Positions 38,009 through 53,000 of a DNA stretch of 64,000 bases are shown here, one piece after another (the first letter of the stretch is position 1; each line of letters begins with the position of its first letter). The position numbers were made by a program, and so were the translations under genes. This DNA is from Gordius albopunctatus (Eukaryota): positions 5,890,001 to 5,954,000 of the forward strand of contig OZ193910.1 of assembly GCA_964276515.1 (NCBI GenBank), given 5' to 3'. Below the pieces are notes generated by a model. The model saw only the letters and a program-made list of their open reading frames with translations, did no database searches and was not told the DNA's origin.

Positions 38009-41000
38009 ATGAACGAAGAAGTTAGCGCTAACCTCATGTCTAACAAAGAAGTGACTCCCGCCTCAGATTATGCAGATAAACTGCGAATATGGCTTTATAA
38101 TTATTCAATGTATGAGTTAAGATTATATATTGTCTAGAATTTTTAAATAATTATGTATTCTGCAATGTTTTTATACATATGTGCTATTTAGGGCTCAACA
38201 TTGGAATAATATGCACAATTATCAATTATACCAAAGTTATCTAGCCTATAACTGTTATCATATGTCAATTTTTCAAAACCAGAAATCAAATATAACTAGT
38301 CCAAATACCTTTACCACAGTTAATACATTTAATCCCTTAACTCATTCACAAAATTTGATAATCAATAGAGGTACATATATTTGGAAAACAATATTTAATT
38401 TAACTTTGTTTAAATTTTATTATATGATTTTAATAATATTGATTTTTTGTCATTTTATGATAGGTCATATTTATAAAGTGGGAAGTATAAGCAAGAGATT
38501 TTTTGCAGAAACAATTGATTTTTTGGTTCTTTTATTGATAAAGATATTAATAACATATCTTTTTGCAAGTTATTTTGACATCATGTAAGTTTGTTTGTTT
38601 TGTTTTAAACAATTAAAAATATTTTTATTATAAATTTAAAATTTTTGGCTTATTTATTTAAATTGTTTAAATAATTAATTTGTACCATCTGATCAGGACA
38701 CTAAGTTTTTCTTCATCTAAATCATAAAGTGATAAATATGTCATATATTTAATAAATTCTATTGTTCTGCATTTTTTAATAATCAATAGGATATATGATT
38801 GTTATTTTAAATGGAACAATATAATTTTTTTTTGAAATATCTTATTAAACAAATGATTTTCTTTGTTATCAACTTATTTTTTTGTGAAAATCTAGTACAT
38901 GAGAACATTTATGGGGTGCAATTTTTACACCAAAGCTTTTAAACCATTTATTTTTAACACATTATTAAGCTATAAATGTAGGGCTATACTTATCTTCCAG
39001 AAGCTGACTGTTTTTTATCTTTTATAAAAAAATCCTCAGACATTCTTAAGGATTCCTTGAACCAACAAGCATATAAAGGGCCCAGCTTTAATAAGCAAAA
39101 CACCAATTGATTTCTTGATTATTATTCCTGATTAGCTTTCCATGAATTTACCTTGTGACATTAACACTATCTTGGCCGTAACCTGGGGCCGTCCCCCCCC
39201 CTAACGTTTTACTGTAAAAGGTAGACCCCTGCACGGGTCGGGGATTTTGGGGTGGTTTCGGGAAAATAACACAGGTATACAAAAAAATCAACTGGAAAAC
39301 GGTTAACATACTTTTATATAGTTTTTTGTGATGAACATGATAATGTTTTTCATTTTTTTCCTATACGTCAAGTTTTTTAAATAATTGAGTTAAGATTTGC
39401 GAAAATAAGCGTTTTTGCTCCTTTTTGAAGGTGTATACCAAGAAAACAAATTGACAAAAATTTGAAAAATTATGTTTCATCTCTAATTGATAAGCTAAAT
39501 ATCTCACCTATATATCAATAAATAGTAACATTCATATAGATTACTTGTTTAGGACATAGACCTAAATAGAGTTTCGAGCCTTTAATGAGGTAATCAGCCA
39601 ATTTTTGTTCTTGGTCCGTGTTTAAAACAACTCTTGTTTTTTTCTCTTCGGCAAAATTTTCTCTTTTCTTAAACCTTTTGTGTTATTTTTTAATTGTAGT
39701 GTAACTTAAATTAGTTTCCTTAGCAATTTTTTTCAGTTTAACATTGTTTTTGAAATTGTAATTTTTCATCATAAGGCACAATATTTGTTTTTCGATTAAT
39801 AATGAATGAGTGAAAAGGAAACGATAGCCCCAGCGTGGTCATCACACTTTAAGTTCTGCTTATAGATGATTAAACTCGTCAAAAGTATAAATTTACACAT
39901 AAATATAATAAAAGAGTCAATACTTATTTATTTAGTATATGTTTAAAGTTAGTGGAACATGTAATTTTTGAATAATTGACAAAATTCGAAATTTAGAAAA
40001 GGTCGTTTTAGCACCGAAAAATCTTACTTTCTGAATAATTTTTTTGTAAAATAAGTTAACACAAATATTTTTTTGCTTAAAATGTGCGATTTAGCCATAA
40101 AAAATTAAATTGTTTTGGAAAAAAAACTAAAAATAATTTTTCCATATTTTTTGTTAAAATCTATTTTTAAGGACTATTTTTACTATAAGAAAAAAAATTT
40201 GGAGGAAAATAAGTAATAGTTTTTTCATAAATTAAGTTCAAAAAAATGAAAATCCTAAATTTTTTAAAAGTTCTCGGCGTTACATGGGCATAGCCAGCAT
40301 TTAAATTAGAGGGGGCAAAAGCTATTTAGAAACTTTTCACAGTTTTAGCTGTAATTTTGTAAAATTCTTGCATTTTTTTAGATTTAGAGGATGGCAGTTG
40401 TCATCCCCTGGTTATGCCCATGCTGATATATGTATAATCTTATATAAGCAAAGATATTTAAATATATATTAGAATATGGACATGATTTAAAATTACTTTA
40501 TTAATATAAAACAGGTATCATTAATTTGCTACTACTAAAAAATACAAAAAATATGTTGAAAATTATTATAATTTTTATATTACTTTTAAATTAAGGTTTG
40601 TATGTATCCTAAAATATAAAATTAATGCAGCATTAAATGAAATTACCAACAATTTCTTTTTCCCATCTCAAATCTAGCTTTTTTATAGGTAATAAATCTG
40701 AAATCTAATTTTTAAATTATACATGCCAGCATACTTAAAATAGAATTTGATTATTATAAAAATGTAGACATGAATCATGAAATACTTTATTAGTACAAAA
40801 CAGGTATATATAAATTTCCTATATTGCTGTTAAAAAATACAAATAATTGGTAAATATATATTATTTTGAGTAAACACTATCTTCATATTCTCTCTTTGCA
40901 AGGGGCAATTTATCAAAAGATTCCTTCTCAGAATTTCATGTAAAAATCTTGATTATATATATAATAGTTCTTACCAATCATGGGCGTAGCCAAATTTTGG

Positions 41001-44000
41001 ATTAGGGGGGGGGGTGCCCCGCTCCTTGCTACGCCCATGTGGGGTTAGTCATAGCCTTATTCAGAGGATAAAATATCCCATTATATTAAACAACTTTAAC
41101 AATGTCCAACATATTTTAACAACTCAAATTAATAAAAATTATATTTTATTGTGAAAAGTAAACAGATTACAAACATGATATAGTTCTTTTTTATGATTTC
41201 TACAAATAAAAAATGGATCAAAGCCACGTGCCCATAACAAACACACTCTACCTACATTGAAACCAATCCTCACTCTAGCATGAGGAATTATAGTTTAGGA
41301 TTAAAATTTATATCCATGCCTTTACAGAAATACTACCTTTTATCTGTTGATTCCTAGATGCAAATGACTCCTGGGAAGTTATTTAAAATATTTGACATAC
41401 CAAGAGTAATAAATGAAGTGCTCCCTAAGGCAGCATCCACTCTTAACATTTTCAAAGGATTCCAATTATATGGGATATGGCCTATCCAAAAGTTTTTCAT
41501 GGTGAACTACAAATCAATTATTTTTAATGGCAACTTTTCAACCAACTCAAATTCACGCTATTAATGAGGATCAAGTAGTTTCTGGTGATATATAAACGTT
41601 CAGTGAATTTAATTAGAAAATTATTAGTCACCATCCAATAATATCTATAATTGCTTCCAAGAGGCAGCAGACCTCCACCATCTTAATTTCATCACCACAC
41701 ATAAGAAATTAGGGGAGACAGAGGACTAAATAGCCATAAAAAATTAAATCACTTAAAAAAATAAAGAATTTTTTTAAATTTTATACTGGAATACATTTTT
41801 ATAGTCTATTCCTAATATAGGAAAGAAAATTGAAAGAAAAGAGCTTATAGTTTTTTATTAATTGAGTTCAAAAAAATCAAAATCTTAGAAATTTTAAAAG
41901 TGCCAACTGTTAGTTATAGCTTCCCTGCCTCTCTTATCTTCTTTTTATAAAGGGAGATGATGTCAAAATTGCTGACTGTTTTTGTCTTTTGGATGCCTTT
42001 TTAATAAATTTAAAATAAGCCATAATGACTTCTGGGTTAAAATTATTATCAGATGAACCAAACATAGTGCTGATATTTGTATTAGTTCATTTGTTTTATT
42101 AGGTTCAGTCTATCATCTGTAAAAAATAATGGATGGGAAGTTTCATCATGAAAAATGAGAGGATTTAATGGCCAAATCCTTCTCAATCTTCAAATTGGTG
42201 GCAGCTCTGGGAAGTATTTCTTTTACTAACCCAGTAATCATAAAAAGTGAAATTTCTACCATAATGACTTTTCTCATCCATGCATCCAGAACAGAATTAT
42301 AATATTTTTAGGGGCCAAAAATAGAAACATCTAAAGGTTGCATTAAGAGTTCTATGACATTCTCATCACAACAATTTATAATATCCAGAGAATAGTGTGA
42401 GGCATGGTTGTCTAGTATTAAAAGCACCCATTTTAATTTTGTTGGTTTACTATTGCTTATAAAGTGATTCAAAAAGATTATAAAATCTTCTTTAGTCATC
42501 CAGCCTGATCCATTAGAGATGCCTACACAACCCGTAGGCCCATATCTAAGCTAATGAGCATAGAATTTTATTCTTGGGTAGATAAACATGGGAGGAATGA
42601 TATTTCCTAAAGCATTGGCTGCTATAGCAACTGTCATCATAGCCCCTCTTTCCCCATTATTGCAACAAGATCCACGTGCTTTTGTAATGTTTTGTATTTA
42701 AACTTAATAAACCTTTGATTAAAAGAAATTAAATTCCTAAATTAACAAAATTATGACCACACACATTGTTTAAAATGCTTTTTCTATTGTTTACAATTTT
42801 GACATATAAAAAATATCATTATTGCAACAAGATCCATGTGCTTTTGTAATGTTTTGTATTTAAGCTTAATAAACCTTTGATTAAAAGAAATTAAATTCCT
42901 AAATTAACAAAATTATGACCACACACATTGTTTAAAATGCTTTTTCTATTTAATAATTTCACTTAGAACTAGTGCTGTAAACATTTGTAAAAAAATCGAA
43001 CGCGTTCAACGTTCATTGACAAAAATTGAACGCGTTCACGTTCGTTCAAAATTTTATGATACATTTTTTTAAAGTTTAATTTAATATAAATAAATGTCTT
43101 ATATTTTTTAATACAATAAATAGCCATGATAAAAAATAATAGTTTTATTTCGACAATATAATTATAAATCAATATAATCTATTTTCTTATTTATTTTTAA
43201 TAATAATTGTTTTTCAAAATTGTCTTCTGATAAGCAGGAACGCTTGGCAGTTAATACAGCATTAGCTATACTAAAAACCTGCTCCACAGGGGCAGATGAG
43301 GGGATTGGAGTATTATACTTAATAAACAAATTTTTTAAAGGAGGAAATTTGTTAAAAACTTTTAATGTTTTGTCCCTCGCTTAAAAAAATTGCGACAAGA
43401 TATCATCCTCCAGTGCGCCCCCTACTTCCTCGCCAAAAAATGATATCTCGGAATTGACAGCTCTTTCATTGTCAATTCTAGGGGTTTCAATCCCTTTTTT
43501 CAATAACACTAAAAGTTTATTCTTTATAGGTTCATTTTAATTATTGAATTTGATCTTTTATATGAAACGAGTGAAAAATATTTTTCATATTTTGGACATG
43601 GCAATTTCAATTCATCTGCTGATTTTGAATATTCAGAATCTGAAGATGACGACGATATAATATTATGATTGTCCATATTAACCTATAAATTAAACTATAA
43701 TTAATAATATCAAACTAATTAAATTTAATCTTATCTTCTTTTGCATGTTATAGTATGCTAAAAGTATTTCGGAATTGGTAATAGGAAACAGGAAAAACAG
43801 CTGATTTAAAAATATAATACTTTTTTGTTAAAAATTCGGATTGACATTAATTTTCAAATAAATAAAAACAAAAAAGGGTTTTTAAAATTGAACGAACGTT
43901 AAATTCGAACGCGTTCATCAAAAAAGGAACGCGTTCACGTTCAAAGTTCACCAAAAAATAAAAGAACGCCGTTCATGAACGCGTTCACTTACAGCACTAC

Positions 44001-47000
44001 TTATAACTGATTGAGAAGTTATCATTAAAAATGATCGATTAGTAGTTTCATTGTTAAACACTTTTGGATTAAAAGGCCATATTCCACATGATTCAAATCC
44101 TTTTTGAATGTTAAGAGTTGATGATGCCTTCGGGAGCACTTCCTTTATGACTCCTGGGATGTCATAAACTGTGAATGACTTACCAGGATTCATTCGCATC
44201 CATGAATCCACAGAAGAATTATAATATTTCCTAAATGGCCCAAAGACTGCTACATCCAAAGGTTGTAGCTTATGTGTGCAGTGGGGGGGGGGGGTACGGT
44301 CCACAGATCTATTCCATGTTCATGGCAGAGATCTATCACTTCAAGGTTGTCAAGGATTAATAAGACTTTTTTCTGTTTACTTTTTTTTTGTTTGTTAAAA
44401 AGTTTATTTTCAAGAAACAAAGTTACATTAATAAGCGAAATACAAAAATAAAGACATAATGGTTAAATACAAAGATCTATATCATTCTCTTCCAAAATGG
44501 GCCATGAGTCGGCAAAGGATTTAAAGTTGTATCGTGCAACAAGAATCCCTAGTTGTTGCCTGAGTAAAAAGGACGCAGAAATTTTAGATTTCGGGGTGCG
44601 TTTTCCGATTTCTTTAAAAAACCCCATTGCCTGTTTGCCAAAGGAACCAGAGCACGTGGCAACGACAGGGATAAAAATATTGGATCTTCTGTAGCGATAG
44701 GGTCGTAATTAAAATGAATAGGGGCAAAAAGGTCAATACAAGTAAAATCCCATTTGAGGGATAGGCCATTTTGCCAGGGGACTAGAGAAGAGCCGTCAGG
44801 GTGCATCCTACCTTCAAGAGAGGGATCTGACGGCTCAAGGATTGAGGGGATTTTGGCCTTTTTACGGGCAGCTTGAATTATTAAAATTAGCTTTAGTGTG
44901 CCTAACATATTTATATTTGTTTGCTAGGCAGTGTAGAGGGTGCCTAGCATATTCGTCTATAACGGTAAGGCAATTTTGACAGTTGAATTCTCTGCTGTAA
45001 CTAATCCCCAACCTTAAAGCTATGGAATATGATAGCTCAAAGTCTTCAAGCAGCATTCCCAAAAGTTTGCTGGGATAGGCTTCAAGCCACTCGTGACCGG
45101 AACCGTCAAAAGCGAGGGACCTAAGGTTGTAATGATGGCTATCATCGCTCCTCGATAAAAGGTAATCAACGGAGCGCGATACTAGTCCAGAATCCCAATA
45201 CTTTTGTCTCGTACTTTGAGGTTGAATGGTCTCGGGTGTGACATTCAAATTCCAAAGCTCCAAGGCTTGAGTTAGCAGGGGGTCGGAGTCATGTTTTATG
45301 AGATTAAAAATTAAGTTTTGGACCGACTTAAAAGAGGAAATAAAAGCGGCTAGCGATATGCTGCCGGGAGGGCGAATTCTTAATCCTCCAGATTTGGTTG
45401 GGAGGTATGCTTGAATCCAATTGTTAATATTAAATTTTAAATTTTTTTTAATAAAGTTTTTAAAAAGCCTTCGTACGACTTTAAAACGTCTGGGTGTAAA
45501 AATGCGCCAGATGAGCGAAAACAATGATTAATCTTTGAGATGTTAAAATAGTTTTTGATTATGTAAAATGAGTGATGCGCTGGCAAGCATTTTAAAAGTT
45601 CCGTTTTAGATTTTAAAATTTCAAGGTTCTTATGAAGAAAATTTAAGAGAGATTTTTCACCGCCAATGGGTTATCCCAAAAGGGATGTGTTTTCTTTCTC
45701 TAAAACTAAAAAAGTTTTAAAAATTGGAAAGTAAATTTCACATTTTTTCGAGTTTAATTTAAGATTTAGAGTGGGTTCAAAATTGTTGATAATTTGTATA
45801 GCTTTACTGATCTCCTCCGGGTGGCCACTTAGGGTGGCGTCGTCGAGATACCAAACATTTAAATCCAGGGTACACTGAGATGATATAGCCTCGACTAAAT
45901 AATGAATGGCTAAACAAAACAAAGGAGGGCCTAATGGATCTCCTTGTTGGATGCCTTCGGACGAGTCAATGACGTATTCGCCGAATCGAAGCTAATAAAA
46001 TGTAATTTAGGAATTGTGGGAATTCAGCTAAAAAATTGTTAATAGGGGTTTCTCTTCGAATGCTGTTGAAAGCATTGGCAAAATCTAATTTAACAAAGCA
46101 GGACTCGGTAGGAATATTTTGAAGTGTGATCCGGCCAGCATGGCTGGCTGCCTCACATCCGCCTTTAATTCCGAACCCTAGTTGATGAGGGCGGAGCTTG
46201 GCGGATAAGGAGGGTTTTATGAGTTTGCAGAGGGTTCTTGATATAATACGGCGAAAAAGACTTCCAATGGCAATGGGTCTAACTGAATTATCTGGTTTTT
46301 TGATGGCGATAAGTTTTGCACCGAATAAAATAGGGGTGATTTCATGAGGAAATTTTCCATTAACAATGATATTACAAAAATAAGTAATAGAATTTAAAAG
46401 AGGTTCAGTATTTAAATTATTCAAGTTGAGTAAATCTTGTATATATACTGGGCGCCATCCGTCGAGTCCGCCTGCGGAGTCCAAAGGAAAGGAGTTAAGG
46501 GCTTCACGGATGTCTGAAGACTCGAGCACTATTTATGATGGAGATGTGGGGTATTTACTGGCTAAGGATGCTGGTGGGAGTTTTTGATTAAGCTCCCTAT
46601 AAGAGTCAGGGCAACAAGGGGCAATTGAGTTGTTATCATAAAAAGCTCTAAGGGCACTTTTTGGGTTGAAATTATGGATTTTATTTGAAATGTGCTTGGC
46701 TGTTTGGTTAATTGTGGGTTCCAGTGGAAAGGGTTTTGTTTTACTTGTGCATGTAATGGGATCATCAGTATTAAAACACAGAAGGGATTCCTTGATGAGG
46801 CTTGATAAATTATGTTCATTAGGTTCCCTAACATAAAGGATATAATATGGGAATTTAAAAAGTTTGTCCCAATTGGTTAAGTTATAAGGGTTTTTGATAA
46901 AGGAAGTGAATATATTTAGCAGAGATTGTTGGATGGAAGGTCTGGCTCCTCTTGGGATTCTAGAGATAGTATTAGGAAATGGATTTGTTAAAAACGAATT

Positions 47001-50000
47001 GCTCCAAGATGAGTCAGGCGGCTGATTAATTGATGGGGAGCATTGTAAGGATGGGGGGATGACGGGGCTAGGGATTGGCAATAGGGGAGCCTCTTCAAAG
47101 TTAGAAGCCAGGGGTGGAATTGGTAACCAGGGTGGAGGTAATTTGCCCTAAGAATGGCATCTTGAAGACACTGGGCCATGAATCCAGAAACAGTTGTGTT
47201 TATCAAGGCATATTCGTCGCTTACAAGTTGGGCATAGGGGTTTAGAGATTAACATATGTGGAATAAAAAAACCTTGATGAGGTTGAACAATTAAAATTAA
47301 AGTTGGGATTATTTTAAATTTTAAAGCTGTATGATTTATAAGAATAACACTACCAACGACGGTCGCAAGTCCGTGTGAAAAAAGTGGAGGGTTGGCGTCA
47401 GGTCGGAAGCCGGCTGTAAAAAGCAACTCCAAACACCATGGCAGCTTCAAATACGAACTTATACCAGAATGCTAGGGCGTCCTCCCCAAACGACGCGCAT
47501 TGCATCATCCGCCCGTGCAATGTGAAAAGTATACAAGGGTCACCGCCTCACTCACAACGAAGGCGATTAAGGAACCTAGTTGTCGAACGGACAAGAGTGG
47601 CTAGCTGGAATGTGGGCACGCTGACGGGGAAGAGCATCGAGGTTGCGCAGATGCTAAAAAGGCGAAGGATACACATAGCGTGTCTACAAGAAACGCGGTG
47701 GCATGGAACAAAAGCCAGGGAGCCAGGAGATGGTTACAAGCTATACTACTCGGGTTCCCCATCACGAAAGAACGGGGTCGGTATAGTGCTTAGCGATTCC
47801 TTTAATGACAAGGTAGTCGAAGTCAAACGATGCTCAGATAGATTGATGTGCATAAAGCTGGCGGATCAAGGCGGCCTTGTCAATGTTATTTGTGCGTATT
47901 CGCCCAGGTTGGATGTTCCGAAAACAAGAAGGACGAATTCTATGAGAAGCTCGAAGAAGAAATACGCTACGTGAAGCCTGACGAGAATCTCATCATCGGA
48001 GCAGACTTTAATGGGCACGCTGGGAAAGAAAGGGGCGTGTACGAACGAAATCACGGCGGGTATGGCTATGGAGTGAAAAATAAAGAGGGAGAGAAGTTAA
48101 TACAGATGGCGCAAGCTTATGATATGGCCATTGTGAATACCTTCTTTCAGAAGCGTACCGAACATTTGGCGACGTACAGTAGTGGAAATCACCTTACACA
48201 GGTCGACTACATATTAGTGAAGCGCAAAAATTTGTGGCAAGTTAAAGATTGCAAGGTTATACCGGGGGAAGAAATCGCCAAACAACATCGGCCAGTTGTC
48301 CTCGATATAGCAAGAAAGATTTTTCTCGTAAGGAGAAATGTCTACACACCAAGGACAAAGTACGAAAAGCTTAAGGATGATCATGCAAATGAAATATTTC
48401 ACGCTCGAGCAACTCCGCTCTTGAAGGTTGCAGGCTTGGAGGGCGACATTAACAAAAGGTGGGGCACCGTTGCAAATGTTCTAAAGGAAACGGCCTTTCA
48501 AATATTGGGACGAACTAAGGGCGGCAGAGCTCACAAGCGTGAACTATGGTGGTGGAATGACTCGGTCAAAGAGGTTATAGAAGAAAAGAAGGCGTTGTAC
48601 CTACGATGGTACAAAACGAAGAAAGGAGAAGACTACGAGGCATATCGTGAAGCGAAACGCAAAGCTAAGATAGCGGTCGCGATAGCGAAGAACGAGGCTT
48701 ACACCGAGATGGCAAACAAGCTCGATACCAAGGGCGGCGACATAGTCATGTATAAACTCGCAAAGATCAGGGAGAAAAAAAGTCGAGATGTCGGGACACT
48801 TAAAGTCATTAAAAGCGAAGAGGGACGAACGTTGTGCAAACCGAAGGAAGTCATCAAAAGATAGAAAGATTATTTCCAAAATATGATGAACAAAACGAAT
48901 GATAGAAGACCGCTAGAGAGGGTGGAACCGATCTCGAACTTGGTTTTACCATTTCAGGCTTATGAAATAGGAGCGCAACTAACGAAGATGCGTTGAAGCT
49001 TGGCTTGGGTGCCAAGGAGAAGGAATCGACATAATGACAGGCCTATTTAACGCTATGCTGTATGAGAGTCTGGTATCGAGCTTGTTTGCCATCTCGGTGT
49101 AAGCCTCGTTCTTCGCTATCGCGACCGCTATCTTAGCTTTGCGTTTCGCTTCACGATATGCCTCGTAGTCTTCTCCTTTCTTCGTTTTGTACCATCGTGG
49201 GTACAACGCCTTCTTTTCTTCTATAACCTCTTTGACCGAGTCATTCCACCACCATAGTTCACGCTTGTGAGCTCTGCCGCCCTTAGTTCGTCCCAATATT
49301 TGAAAGGCCGTTTCCTTTAGAACATTTGCAACTGTGGGCCACCTTTTGTTAATGTCGCCCTCCAAGCCTGCAACCTTCAAGAGCGGAGTTGCTCGAGCGT
49401 GAAATATTTCATTTGCATGATCATCCTTAAGCTTTTCGTACTTTGTCCTTGGTGTGTAGACATTTCTCCTTACGAGAAAAATCTTTCTTGCTATATCGAG
49501 GACAACTGGCCGATGTTGTTTGGCGATTTCTTCCCCCGGTATAACCTTGCAATATTTAACTTGCCACAAATTTTTGCGCTTCACTAATATGTAGTCGAAC
49601 TGTGTAAGGTGATTTCCACTACTGTACGTCGCTAAATGTTCGGTACGCTTCTGAAAGAAGGTATTCACAATGGCCATATCGTAAGCTTGCGCCATCTGTA
49701 GTAACTTCTCTCCCTCTTTATTTTTCACTCCATAGCCATACCCGCCGTGATTTCTTTCGTACACGCCCCTTTCTTTCCCAACGTGCCCATTAAAGTCTGT
49801 TCCGATGATGAGATTCTCGTCAGGCTTCACGTAGCGTATTTCTTCTTCGAGCTTCTCATAGAATTCGTCCTTCTCGTTTTCGGAACATCCAACCTGGGCG
49901 AATACGCACAAATAACATTGACAAGACCGCCTTGATCCGCCAGCTTTATGCACATCATTCTATCTGAGCATCGTTTGACTTCGACTACCTTGTCCTTAAA

Positions 50001-53000
50001 GGAATCGCTAAGCACTATACCGACCCCGTTCTTCCGTGATGGGGAACCCGAGTAGTATAGCTTGTAACCATCTCCTAGCTCCCTGGCTTTTGTTCCATGC
50101 CACCGCGTTTCTTGTAGACACGCTATGTGTATCCTTCGCCTTTTTAGCATCTGCGCAACCTCGATGCTCTTCCCCTTCAGCGTGCCCACATTCCAGCTAG
50201 CCACTCTTGTCCGTTCGACAACTAGGTTCCTTAACCGCCTTCGTGGTGAGTGAGGCGGAGACCCTTGTATACTTTTCACATTGCACGGGCGGATGATGCA
50301 ATGCGCGTCGTTTGGGGAGGACGCCCTAGCATTCTGGTATAAGTTCGTATTTGAAGCTACCATGGTGTTTGGAGTTGCTTTTTACAGCCGGCTTCCGATC
50401 TGACGCCAACCCTCCACTTTTTTCACACGGACTTGCGACCGTCGTTGGTAGTGTTAACATGATCCATGTGACCATATGGAGCAAATTCTACATGCTAACC
50501 AATCTTCGTTCTGATGATTCTTCTTATAGTCTTTGGCACAAATTATGCAGCTATCTTTAGAAAAATTAATTTCTTTCTTAACTTTTGTAATTGACTTGAT
50601 TTGGATTCTTTCAATAACTTTTCTTTTATGTGGGGTTTAAGTCAAGATGGTGGAGGACTGCTGCCTCTAGGAAGCAACTCTAGATATTAATGTGTGGGGA
50701 TTAATAATTTCAGGAGTAAATTAACTCAACATTGAGCTATTATCAGAAACTACTTGATCATTATTAGTTTGACTTTGAGATGCTTGAGAAGTTGCCATTG
50801 AAAATAATGGATTTTCGTTTTCATCATGAAATACCTTTGGATTGACAGGCCATATTCCACATAATTGGAATCCTTTGCAAATGTTTAGAGTGGATGCTGC
50901 CTTAGGGAGCACTTCCTTTATTACTACTGGTATGTCATATATGGTAGATAATTTCCCAGGATTTTTTCTCATCCAGGCATCAAGAGATGAGTTATAGTAT
51001 TTCTTTAAGGGTCCAAACACTGTTACTTCCAAAGGTTGCAACATATGAGTGCAATGAGGAGGTATTGTGAATAGATCAATGCCATTTCCATATCAGAGAT
51101 CTATCACTTGATTACATTGGTGAGATTGATGATTATCAAGGATCAATAACACTTTTTTGTCTTTACTTGGTTTAGTGTAATTAATGAAATGTTTTAAATT
51201 AAAAATCAAATCTCCCTTACCACCCTGAGCCATTGGAAAGTTCCACTGATCCAATTGATCCGTCTCACAAATAATGGTCATAATATTTTTTCTTCGATAT
51301 ATAAACATTTATGGGATTATATTGTCAAGTGCATTAATTGATAAAGCCCAAGTCAAGGTGCCTCTTTCACCAGGTTGTGATAGCTCCAACTTGCTTTTCA
51401 CCCTTCTTGGCAATAACCTATTTAGATTTTTGCACTGTTGTTAAACCTATTAATTTCTATGCAATTTATGGGCTCACTTTCCATTTTCCGATGTCACGCC
51501 GAACGCGCACCGTCATGTCCTCGCCGAACGCGTCCGCATCTCATACAGGCTTATGCCTCTCGCGATGTTGGGTTCGAATCACGGAGAGTCCAATTTTTTT
51601 TAATTAAGATATTGTTTTTTTTTCTTACCATTGATAATATGGCATATTGGCCGTCCGCTGGTTGCTGACCAATGGAAAAAAATGACCATTGGCCAAAGTA
51701 TGAATCGAAATTTTTTTTGCCTCTTATGATTGTTCCTGTTAATACCACTGATAATATGGCTTATTGGCCTTCCGCTGGCTGCTGACCAATGGAAAAAAAA
51801 TGACCATTGGCCAAAGTGTGAATCGATTTTTTTTTGTTTTTTTGACTCTTATGTATTTATAAACCGTCTCTTTGTACTGACCAATGAAAAAAATGACCAT
51901 TGGCCAAAGTGTGGTTTAAAAAGTTTCAATTTAACAGCTGTAAATTTTTTGAGAAATACTTACGATATTTGTGACATTTTTAGGTGTAAGGTATCTTTAG
52001 CTTTCAAATTTATAACAACTTGACTTAAGTTTCGGGACAATGTCGTTGCTCATTGTGACATTTTGTGATGCGCGGTCGTAACAGGCAATAGCAGAGCTAT
52101 TGCATGTCGCTGCTTGTTTCGTCGCAAGCCCATTATTATTATTAATTCAATTTTTTTTCTTTACTCTCCAATATTCTTTTATGCCTAATATTGTTTTATT
52201 GTATTTAAATATTTGCAACTTTTTATGTTTGTTATTATTACTATGCAGTTTATTAAGTTTTATTATTAATTTGGGGTTTAAGTTATACAATTGTTATAAA
52301 CTATCCTAGCAATTATCCATTAATAAAGTAAGTTTTGGTGATTTTTGTCTAATTACTGTAAATCTACAAGCCAAAAGCGCATGAACTTTAGTTTTTGCCG
52401 GTCAGCATTTCTTATGCAATTATGACGATTCCAACATAAATTGCATAGCAAATATGTTTTGTTTATACGAAGTATAAAAGAGTAATCGATGGGTATGAGA
52501 ATTTGAAGCAAAGATATGTGAAGAAGAGACTGTCCTGAGCTAAACGGGGGTCGCCCCCAGTTACGCATGAAGGGCGTATATTTTTATATATAAAAAGATA
52601 ACAAATTTAAAGTACCCGTTTCATCCATGTTGTATATACCACCAGGCAAATATCCATAAGAAGATAACAAAGATGAATAATTATCAAAAAATAATTGATA
52701 TTTGGATCATTTAAACTTGTGGCCCTTGATATGCTTGTTGGTTCTGGGTTCTTAATTATATTTCAGGATTTCTTTTAATAAAAAATTAAAACCAATCAGC
52801 ATAGAGTGTATCGCACGGACCAGCTTGAAAATCTTTTACAGATGAGTCGAATTTTTCTTGTCTTTGTTTTATACTTTACATTGATTGAAAGACCTATCCC
52901 CTCTTAAAATCCTTCAAAAAATCATCTCACATAACAATTTAAATATAGATATCAACCAAAAATAGGCTTAATACTCAATCACTGGGTGACAAATAAATCA

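Larger units (their letters stand above)
34155..48679 (+). repeat. Segmental duplication, copy 2
   Basis: Direct repeat of 1-14517 with scattered SNPs, a 37-bp deletion near 44685 and 42 extra bp near 46719-46760 relative to copy 1. Confidence 0.97.

Noticed and set aside
51545..51600. Possible tRNA gene
   Set aside because: Only a T-loop-like GGTTCGAATC motif; no cloverleaf could be built.
51655..51915. Spaced 35-bp repeats resembling a CRISPR array
   Set aside because: Intron-containing animal DNA, no cas genes, spacers related to each other and irregular in length.
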